DNA from: a virus | Lineage: Duplodnaviria; Caudoviricetes | DNA: 56,482 nucleotides | Reading direction: 5' to 3' (one strand) | IMG/VR virus record: IMGVR_UViG_3300030106_008084 | Span: 1-56,482 of that record | Shown here: positions 50,222 through 56,482 of the stretch, piece by piece | Numbering within the stretch: position 1 is the stretch's first letter | Layout of the letters: the number at the start of each line of letters is the position of its first letter | Notes under the pieces: generated by a model | What the model saw: only the letters and a program-made list of their open reading frames with translations | Databases searched by the model: none | What the model was told of the DNA's origin: nothing | Made by a program: the position numbers and the translations under genes

Positions 50222-51088
50222 ATGAGTAAAAAAATTGTAATACTTGGAAATGGATATGTCGGAGGTAATCTATACGATAGGTTACTTTATAATGAAAAAA
50301 AGCCCTATGATGTTAATATTGAAAAGAGAAAGCTCTTAAACTATAATGATATAAAAAATTTAGAAATATATCTAGATAACGAAAAACCAGATTATGTTAT
50401 AAACTGCTCAGGATTTACTGGAAGGCCTAATGTAGATGAAGGCGAGCTTAAAAAAGAGCTTTGCTTTGAACTGAATACATTTGGACCGCTAAGGGTAAGT
50501 AACCTATGCAAGACAAAGAACATTAACTATATTCATATTTCATCTGGGTGCATTTATACTGGGTATGATAAGTGTTGGGAAGAAGATGATGAACCTAATT
50601 TTGGTTTATTTAATGAAGAATCTTCTACATATTCTAAAAGCAAACATGCATTTGAATTAGGTTGTGATTGGGGTTTAATATTGAGAGTAAGGATGCCATT
50701 TTGTGATATTCTCCATGATAGATCTTTCATTACAAAGATATATAAGTATGATAATCTAATTGATAGAGTTAACTCCAAGACATATATTCCACAACTTCTT
50801 GATTTTATAGAGCATTTTATTAGCAAAGGTTATGAAGCTAAAGAAAAAGATATCTTAAACTTTGTTAACCCCGAAGCTTTATCAACAGCAAGAGTAACTC
50901 AACTAATGGAGAAGTATGACGTATCAAATCCAGACTGGGAATGGGTTCACTTTTGCGATCTTAATACTACAGCTAACAGATCTAACTGTGTAATGTCGAC
51001 TGATAAGCTAGAAAACGAATATGGTTACGAAATGTGGACAGAAGAAGTTGCACTTGAGAGTGCGCTGACTAATATAATAAGTGTATGA
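50222..51088 (+). CDS. NDP-4-keto-6-deoxyglucose (3,5-epimerase)/4-reductase, RmlD/NRS-ER family
   Basis: GNGYVG, GFTGRPNVD, ISSGCIY, YSKSK, LRVRMP. Confidence 0.85.
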   Translation: MSKKIVILGNGYVGGNLYDRLLYNEKKPYDVNIEKRKLLNYNDIKNLEIYLDNEKPDYVINCSGFTGRPNVDEGELKKELCFELNTFGPLRVSNLCKTKNINYIHISSGCIYTGYDKCWEEDDEPNFGLFNEESSTYSKSKHAFELGCDWGLILRVRMPFCDILHDRSFITKIYKYDNLIDRVNSKTYIPQLLDFIEHFISKGYEAKEKDILNFVNPEALSTARVTQLMEKYDVSNPDWEWVHFCDLNTTANRSNCVMSTDKLENEYGYEMWTEEVALESALTNIISV

Positions 51089-51528
51089 GTAAAGAAGTTT
51101 TAGGATTCACTGCGGGTAACTTTGATTTGTTACATCCAGGTTATATAAAATGCTTTAGAGAAGCTAAGAGGCATTGCGATAGGTTCATCGTGTTCTTACA
51201 ACGCGATCCTTCTCTTCATAGAAAAAGTAAATACAAGCCTGTTATTCCATTATTTGATAGGTATGAAGCTTTAATGTCAATCAAATATATTGACGATGTC
51301 TATTGTTATCAAACAGAACAAGAGTTGTATGATCTAATTAAGTTCTTTAAACCTGACATTAGAATTCTAGGAGAAGATTATATCACTAAAGAGTCATTTA
51401 CAGGAGATGATTTGCCACCAGAAATTATCTATACTACTCGTTCTCATGGATGGTCTACTACTAAACTTAAAGATTTAATTACTGCACAGACTGTTAAGCA
51501 GAATCCTGAGACATACAAAAAGATATGA
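51085..51528 (+). CDS. Cytidylyltransferase-family nucleotidyltransferase (TagD/RfaE-like)
   Basis: TAGNFDLLHPGY, KPDIRILGEDY, RSHGWSTT. Confidence 0.85.
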   Translation: MSKEVLGFTAGNFDLLHPGYIKCFREAKRHCDRFIVFLQRDPSLHRKSKYKPVIPLFDRYEALMSIKYIDDVYCYQTEQELYDLIKFFKPDIRILGEDYITKESFTGDDLPPEIIYTTRSHGWSTTKLKDLITAQTVKQNPETYKKI

Positions 51529-52502
51529 GTACATATGTTGTTACAGGAGGTTGTGGTTTTATAGGGTCATACGTTATACAAGAGCTTCTTAAGAGTAAAG
51601 ATAAAAAGCTCTTTATATATAATATTGATAAGATGGGTGTAGGTTCATCTGAAGAAAATGTTATTGACGATAAGCGAGTACAAAATCACTTTATTGATAT
51701 CTCTAATGATGAGCATTGGAGACTTCATATGGCTAACCCTTTAGACTTTATTGACAAGGATGTTGATTATGTTATACATTTAGCTGCAGAGTCTCATGTT
51801 GATAGATCTATAGATAATCCTCTATCTTTTGCCTATTCTAACTTAATCGGCACTGCTAAAGTTTTAGAATTAGTACGCAAGCATAGCGCTAGACTTGTTC
51901 ATGTATCTACTGATGAAGTGTATGGTCATTTAGGAGAGAAGGACCCTCCGTTCTCCGAAGATAGTCCTCTAGCTCCACGCTCACCTTATTCTTCTACAAA
52001 AGCAGGGTCAGATCTCTTAGTTCAATCATACATAACTACTTTCGGTATTGATGCGTCAATAACTAGATGCTGTAATAATTTTGGACCTAGACAAGGAGAT
52101 GAGAAACTAATACCAACCGTAATAAGATCTATAATACAAGGAAATAAAGTACCGGTATATGGAACAGGAAAGAATATTCGCGAATGGATTCATGCAGAAG
52201 ATCATGCTAAAGCTATTATAGAAGTATTGCATGATGATGTACCTGCTACTGTTTATAACATTCCAGGTAACGTTGTATGTAATAATTTAGATCTAATTAA
52301 AAAGGTAATAAAAGAGATTGAGCATCAGTTTCCATCATACAAGAGAAAAAAGAGTGATTATATGGAGCTTGTACCAGATAGAAAAGGACATGATTTTAAG
52401 TATCAACTTAGTACTAAGCATAATTTATCTGCAGTAAAGAAGCAGAAGAAGTTTAATCTATCTCAGACTGTTAAGTATTACGTTAACAAGTATAGATCTT
52501 AA
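51525..52502 (+). CDS. rmlB: dTDP-glucose 4,6-dehydratase
   Basis: VTGGCGFIGS, HLAAESHVDRSI, VSTDEVYG, PYSSTKA, NNFGPRQ, REWIH. Confidence 0.93.
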   Translation: MSTYVVTGGCGFIGSYVIQELLKSKDKKLFIYNIDKMGVGSSEENVIDDKRVQNHFIDISNDEHWRLHMANPLDFIDKDVDYVIHLAAESHVDRSIDNPLSFAYSNLIGTAKVLELVRKHSARLVHVSTDEVYGHLGEKDPPFSEDSPLAPRSPYSSTKAGSDLLVQSYITTFGIDASITRCCNNFGPRQGDEKLIPTVIRSIIQGNKVPVYGTGKNIREWIHAEDHAKAIIEVLHDDVPATVYNIPGNVVCNNLDLIKKVIKEIEHQFPSYKRKKSDYMELVPDRKGHDFKYQLSTKHNLSAVKKQKKFNLSQTVKYYVNKYRS

Positions 52503-52987
52503 AGCTTGTTAGGATCAACATCGAAGAATTTTAAGAGCATTTCTTCTTCTGTCATTTCTTGCTCTACAATATCACTATCTTCTGTCTCTTCTGTATCGCT
52601 ATAGTATTTGTAAATGTCTTCTTCTTCCATACTATAATCGAAGTCAGTAGTCTTAGCAACAGTTGTATCAAATTTAGCTCTTATGTCACCAATAATAGCA
52701 TGCTTCAATGCTTTTACTTCGTCATTCTTTTCAGCACGTTTCAAAAAGTCTGTTATTTCGTCTTTGGTAAGCTTACCTTTTAGAGCTTCAAACGGATCTG
52801 GATACGTTCCCCAAATAAAAAGTACTAGATATTTCTGAGTAATCATAGCACAATCCCTTATTACATAGTAAGCAGATTTATTCTGAATCTCCACTCCAAT
52901 GTCTGGCTTCTTATGAGCTCTTTGCGCGGGACCTAATAATTTTGCTTGTTTCTCCGTACTGTTCTGTAGAATTTTTTCCTCTAACAC
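52499..52987 (-). CDS. Hypothetical late protein
   Basis: Start moved to GTG 52987 (TAAATA-N5-GTG); acidic C-terminus. Confidence 0.65.
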   Translation of the reverse strand: MLEEKILQNSTEKQAKLLGPAQRAHKKPDIGVEIQNKSAYYVIRDCAMITQKYLVLFIWGTYPDPFEALKGKLTKDEITDFLKRAEKNDEVKALKHAIIGDIRAKFDTTVAKTTDFDYSMEEEDIYKYYSDTEETEDSDIVEQEMTEEEMLLKFFDVDPNKL

Positions 52988-53010
52988 ATATATATTTAGT
53001 GGAAACCTAA

Positions 53011-53027
53011 AGGAACTCAATTATAAT
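53011..53027 (+). promoter_or_regulatory. AGGAACT-N4-TATAAT promoter-like element
   Basis: aggaact-caat-tataat, 6 nt before ATG 53034. Confidence 0.7.
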
Positions 53028-53033
53028 AGTAGT

Positions 53034-53222
53034 ATGAAAAGGCGCAGACCGCCAGTAAAACCCTTCGAATATGGTAAATTTATCATCGAATATCGCGATG
53101 GTGAATCCGGCCTGCTACGTTTTCATAAGGAACGCATAGATAATTATAAAGATGCAGAAAAAGTTAGAGATAAGCTATTATCAGAAGGGGTCAATGAACC
53201 AGTTATTAAAAGAATAGGATGA
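53034..53222 (+). CDS. Hypothetical protein
   Basis: 62-aa ORF behind the promoter motif; ATGA overlap with the next gene. Confidence 0.7.
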   Translation: MKRRRPPVKPFEYGKFIIEYRDGESGLLRFHKERIDNYKDAEKVRDKLLSEGVNEPVIKRIG

Positions 53223-53668
53223 TTAGATTTTTTCCATCTAAGAGAATTAAAAAAGAAACAGATATAGATTTTGAATTATTAGGTAAGATTTGCACTGATA
53301 TCTTTGAAAGAGGCTTTGGTAGGAAGATCAATATTGAATGTAAAGTTTGGAAGAGTAAGGTTAAAGAACAATCAACTATGGAACGAACTAAAGGTAGATG
53401 TCATTACGTAATGGATCTAGATACAGAAGGAAATAGACGATATGTATTCGGAAGCATACTTCATGAACTTCGACATGCCTTTCAAGAATATGTTTTTAAC
53501 TTCACTACAGTAGCTAGATTTGCATCTTACAACGCTTATTATAATTCTAAAGAGGAGAAAGATGCTAGAAAGCAAGAAAGGTTGACTACTGAGGTTATGA
53601 AGATTTATGATACTTTTAAGAAAGCTGAAGAAAAATTTGAAAGATTTAACTTAAAGGAACTAGGTTAA
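53219..53668 (+). CDS. Putative HExxH metallopeptidase-like protein
   Basis: ILHELRHAFQ followed by Y..S.EEKDAR. Confidence 0.6.
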   Translation: MIRFFPSKRIKKETDIDFELLGKICTDIFERGFGRKINIECKVWKSKVKEQSTMERTKGRCHYVMDLDTEGNRRYVFGSILHELRHAFQEYVFNFTTVARFASYNAYYNSKEEKDARKQERLTTEVMKIYDTFKKAEEKFERFNLKELG

Positions 53669-53671
53669 AAT
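53655..53671 (+). promoter_or_regulatory. AGGAACT-N4-TAAAAT promoter-like element
   Basis: aggaact-aggt-taaaat, followed by an A-rich leader to ATG 53706. Confidence 0.55.
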
Positions 53672-53705
53672 AAAAGGGTAGAACAAAACAAACCAAAATA
53701 AAAAA

Positions 53706-54545
53706 ATGGGATTCTTAACAGAAATCGAAACGCTAGAAGAAGTACCTCGCTTTGAGGTAAATAAAGTGCCGCTTAAAAATGACCGCGGCGAACATAACGG
53801 AGTATTCGCTCTTGAACGCTCTGATAACGGCGCACACCTTGGTAGTTGCGGTAGGAAGTATCGTCCAATTCAGATGGATGAGATGTTTGACATCTTGCAT
53901 ACGGCCAGCGATAAGGTAGGCGGTATTGAGCACAAAGGGTTTACCTTTGCTGGTAATGGCAAGCGAGTCGTTGTTCAGTCAAAGCTCGGTGAGCCGATTG
54001 ACGTTGAAGGTGATAAGGTAGATGGTTACTTCTACACTATCATTGACAATACAGGAATGAGCTCTAACAAGTGCGCTCCTTCTACAACGAGGATTGCTTG
54101 TGATAACGCTCTTCACTTGATTGAAAAGCGTCGTGGTGATAACCTCCGTCACTCAGCTACTTTCGATGCAAATGTTGAACGTATGGTTCATCGGATTGTC
54201 CACAACATTGAAGACTTTAAAGGATTCAATAAAACTATGGAGTTCTTGAAGAGTAATAAGTTTTCACGCAACCAGATGGTTAAGCTTACACAGAAACTTA
54301 TTCCGGTTGAGAAGGACGAGTCTACTCGTAGAGTTAATCAGCGCGAGGGTCTCGTAGAGCTCTACGAGAATGGTCGAGGTAATGTCGGAGAGTCTCGATG
54401 GGATGCTCTGAATGCTTTCACAGAGTTTGAAACTCATAATCGAAAGCAGTCTCCGGAGAAGCTCGTGAGGTCCTTGATGGGCAACACGCTTTCAACTAAA
54501 GCACTTAGGGTACTGAAGGAGCCTAAGATCCAGTGGGCCGGATAA
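53706..54545 (+). CDS. DUF932-family protein
   Basis: LG..G.KYRPIQ, GNGKRV, TTRIACDNAL, LRHS, SRWDALNAFTEFETH. Confidence 0.8.
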   Translation: MGFLTEIETLEEVPRFEVNKVPLKNDRGEHNGVFALERSDNGAHLGSCGRKYRPIQMDEMFDILHTASDKVGGIEHKGFTFAGNGKRVVVQSKLGEPIDVEGDKVDGYFYTIIDNTGMSSNKCAPSTTRIACDNALHLIEKRRGDNLRHSATFDANVERMVHRIVHNIEDFKGFNKTMEFLKSNKFSRNQMVKLTQKLIPVEKDESTRRVNQREGLVELYENGRGNVGESRWDALNAFTEFETHNRKQSPEKLVRSLMGNTLSTKALRVLKEPKIQWAG

Positions 54546-54554
54546 ATATTCACA

Positions 54555-54599
54555 GAACTTATATCCCGGAGTCCGAATTAGGGCCCGGGATATTAGTTC
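54555..54599 (+). terminator. GC-rich hairpin after DUF932 gene
   Basis: gaact-tATATCCCGG...CCGGGATAT-t-agttc inverted repeat; U tail weak. Confidence 0.55.
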
Positions 54600-54759
54600 A
54601 CTCTTATTATGAACTTAAAAATTCTATCCCTTGCATAACAGAGATGCAAGTATATTATGTAGATAAAGAAGTTGTAGGTAGTAACATATCAGCTGATTTA
54701 GATATATTCTGTCACCTTTATCTAACTAAATTAATAACAGAGGAGCTAAGCCTAATATA

Positions 54760-54936
54760 ATGGAAGGTAAAATTGGAAAATACATTTTTCGACACGATCC
54801 AATAGTCAATAAGATTAATATCTTTGAAAAGCCTGCTTCATCAGAACCTGAATGGTTCATTGAAGTATCTGAAGATCTCTCAGAAAAGGACTTTCACTAC
54901 GAGATTATGGATTGGTATGCTAAGTTCAATTCGTAG
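54760..54936 (+). CDS. Small hypothetical protein (58 aa, not in ORF track)
   Basis: MEGKIGKYIFRHDPIVNKINIFEKPASSEPEWFIEVSEDLSEKDFHYEIMDWYAKFNS*. Confidence 0.6.
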   Translation: MEGKIGKYIFRHDPIVNKINIFEKPASSEPEWFIEVSEDLSEKDFHYEIMDWYAKFNS

Positions 54937-54944
54937 AACTCAAA

Positions 54945-54961
54945 AGGAACTATACTATAAT
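54945..54961 (+). promoter_or_regulatory. AGGAACT-N4-TATAAT promoter-like element
   Basis: aggaact-atac-tataat, 6 nt before ATG 54968. Confidence 0.7.
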
Positions 54962-54967
54962 AATAGT

Positions 54968-55156
54968 ATGACGATAGATCTTACTGAGAGTGATAAGGAG
55001 TATGCTAAGCAGCATGGTCTTACCTTTGGAGAAATGCGAGACTTCAAAGAAGATATGATTCGCGAAGAAGAAATGATGGTTACTTACTATCAAATGAAAG
55101 AGAAAGAACGTAGGGACTTTGAGAATAGCCCTCAAGCAATTTACGCAGCATGGTAA
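54968..55156 (+). CDS. Hypothetical protein
   Basis: Start moved to ATG 54968 (MTIDLTESDKEY) on the basis of the promoter motif. Confidence 0.65.
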   Translation: MTIDLTESDKEYAKQHGLTFGEMRDFKEDMIREEEMMVTYYQMKEKERRDFENSPQAIYAAW

Positions 55157-55410
55157 ACGAAGATAATATTTGTGGTTGTGGAAGAGAAATTGAAGAAGCT
55201 AGAGTCGAATTCGGATTTAAGAACTGTTCGGTTTGCGCGCATTCGGGCGCTGATGTCCCTCGACCGAAAGGCAGGATGGTATATAGTCATAAGACTGGTG
55301 CCGAAATTGAAATACTTTCTGCGGAGAGTTGGGACGAGAATAAGAAGTACTTTACTCCGAATGGTGCTCGCTCGGCGCTGAAGAACTTTAGTCGTAATAT
55401 CTGTTCATAA
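55150..55410 (+). CDS. C4 zinc-finger protein, DksA/TraR-finger-like
   Basis: CGCGREIEEARVEFGFKNCSVC. Confidence 0.6.
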   Translation: MVNEDNICGCGREIEEARVEFGFKNCSVCAHSGADVPRPKGRMVYSHKTGAEIEILSAESWDENKKYFTPNGARSALKNFSRNICS

Positions 55411-55442
55411 AAAAAGCCTCCTTACGGAGGCTTTTCTTTTTT
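55409..55442. terminator. Bidirectional rho-independent terminator
   Basis: AAAAAAAGCCTCC-ttac-GGAGGCTTTTCTTTTTT between convergent genes. Confidence 0.9.
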
Positions 55443-55455
55443 ATGTTAATGGTTA

Positions 55456-55992
55456 TTAAAGACTGTGAACTGATCTACAGTTTAGTTTAGGTCTAGCTCC
55501 GTGAGGACCTTTTCTCTTTTTAGGAAGCCCGTAAGCTTCGCGAATTGAGTTAAGCTCTTCTTCATCCTCATCAGGGTGATCACCATGCTTGCCGCCATAA
55601 TCTCTTTCTTCACTCTTACGACCAGTCTTTTTATCGAATCTACGAGGTCTATCACCTTTGTTACCGCCAAACGTTTTCTGCTTTTTGGTTTCTTTATGAT
55701 CTTCACCATCTTCTGGCTCTTCTTCATCGCCATGACTTTCCGCTACAATAATTTTAGCTTCATTAGCTGGGACAGAGATTAACTCATCTTTGTAATCTAC
55801 ATAATACTCTTCTACAACTCCATCAGCAGTTAAGCTATGATCAACTACGAGAAACTCTTCGTCCTCTTCACCCAGACCTGGGTGTGCAATAGTCTTAGCT
55901 CACCGATGTTGAATAGCATCAGATGCACTGTTAATAAAATTTTCATTCAATCCCTTAAGGATGTCATTAGCTGTTTTATCGAATTCGCTCAT
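55456..55992 (-). CDS. Candidate selenoprotein (178 aa, in-frame TGA at codon 31); not in ORF track
   Basis: MSEFDKTANDILKGLNENFINSASDAIQHR-[TGA 55902-55900]-AKTIAHPGLGEEDEEFLVVDHSLTADGVVEEYYVDYKDELISVPANEAKIIVAESHGDEEE...RSVHSL*. Late promoter upstream, SECIS-like hairpin after the TGA, terminator downstream. Confidence 0.75.
55869..55884 (-). promoter_or_regulatory. Bacterial SECIS-like hairpin
   Basis: mRNA CACCCAG-GU-CUGGGUG is a perfect inverted repeat starting 16 nt after the UGA. Confidence 0.72.
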
Positions 55993-55997
55993 AGAAA

Positions 55998-56003
55998 TAT
56001 TTA
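55998..56003 (-). promoter_or_regulatory. Late promoter TAAATA of the candidate selenoprotein gene
   Basis: TAAATA-TTTCT-ATG, same spacing as the gp17, gp18 and gp19 genes. Confidence 0.7.
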
Positions 56004-56040
56004 TTTAATACAGCTCTATTTCCATAGATTTTTGTAAAAT

Positions 56041-56057
56041 AGGAACTATAATATAAT
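56041..56057 (+). promoter_or_regulatory. AGGAACT-N4-TATAAT promoter-like element
   Basis: aggaact-ataa-tataat, 6 nt before ATG 56064. Confidence 0.7.
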
Positions 56058-56063
56058 CATAAT

Positions 56064-56375
56064 ATGAAACAGGACAAATACTTTGAACTTAGAATTTTTA
56101 TTTGCTTTATTTTAACTATTTTTTATGTGCAGTATACTGTACTAGTTAATAAGAATAACGAACCATCAACAGTCGAAGTGCTTAAAGAAAAGGCTTTAGA
56201 TGGATTTGAGGTTCGTATTATTAACGACCACGCAAACGAACGACTAGAGTTAACAGAAACTCTCGATCAAGCGCTAGCCTACATTAAGGAATACTCTATG
56301 CATCATGATGACTTAGTAGCATTTAATTTGTCTACTGGTTCAATAGTTGCTAAAAGTAACCCAGCAATTGACTAG
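56064..56375 (+). CDS. Hypothetical protein with N-terminal TM segment
   Basis: 103 aa; hydrophobic IFICFILTIFYVQYTVLV. Confidence 0.65.
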   Translation: MKQDKYFELRIFICFILTIFYVQYTVLVNKNNEPSTVEVLKEKALDGFEVRIINDHANERLELTETLDQALAYIKEYSMHHDDLVAFNLSTGSIVAKSNPAID

Positions 56376-56450
56376 CGCTTGTAGCTCAGTGGTAAGAGCA
56401 CTCGACTCATAATCGATAGGTCCTGGGTTCAAATCCCAGCGGGCGCACCA
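56375..56450 (+). tRNA. tRNA with CAT anticodon, probably tRNA-Ile2 (lysidine), alternatively elongator Met
   Basis: GCGCTTG/CGGGCGC acceptor stem, D arm AGCTCAGTGGTAAGAGC, anticodon arm TCGA-CTCATAA-TCGA, GGTTCAAATCC T arm, encoded CCA; no initiator features. Confidence 0.93.
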
Positions 56451-56482
56451 AAAATTTAAAATGGATACAGACGAAGCAATAC

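Noticed and set aside
54533-54760. 75-aa ORF overlapping the DUF932 stop
   Set aside because: It runs through a strong hairpin and a promoter-like element and has no supported start; probably non-coding.
55900-55902. Genome-wide UGA reassignment, or a simple pseudogene, as the explanation for the in-frame TGA
   Set aside because: TGA is a real stop elsewhere (ATGA overlaps at 13487, 17358, 31100, 51085, 51525 and 53219) and Trp is encoded by TGG. A pseudogene is disfavoured by the intact downstream frame and the positioned hairpin, but cannot be fully excluded without homologues.
55482-56037. ORF-track calls 55482-55733 (-), 55576-55782 (+) and 55837-56037 (+)
   Set aside because: They are off-frame or antisense shadows of the TGA-containing gene 55456-55992, which has the promoter, terminator and phage-like composition.

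Overview
AT-rich fragment of a large T4-like (myovirus) phage genome. Most of it is a minus-strand virion morphogenesis region: terminase gp17/gp16, gp3, sheath gp18, tube gp19, baseplate gp54/gp26-like/gp48/gp53/gp27/gp25/gp6, tail-collar fibres, and large Ser/Thr-rich structural proteins, two of which carry trypsin-like protease domains. Interspersed are dUTPase, clamp loader gp44, a nucleotidyltransferase, neck gp14, an exonuclease, Mn-type SOD, GMP reductase, a rhamnose-type nucleotide-sugar cluster, small early-type genes and a tRNA(CAT). Two features absent from the ORF track stand out. (1) A late gene at 55456-55992 (-) has a single in-frame TGA at codon 31, followed by a hairpin whose apex (CAG-GU-CUG) matches the E. 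coli fdhF SECIS: a candidate phage-encoded selenoprotein. (2) A DxH-type, ppGalNAc-T/GT60-like glycosyltransferase (<1-572) lies directly downstream of a 1909-aa mucin-like Thr/Cys-rich protein, and an L-S-[A/G/S] motif is enriched in virion proteins: a candidate virion O-glycosylation system. Promoters are mostly placed so as to give leaderless mRNAs (TAAATA-N5/6-start, and an unusual AGGAACT-N4-TATAAT-N6/7-ATG class). All assignments come from motif recognition by eye; no searches were run.
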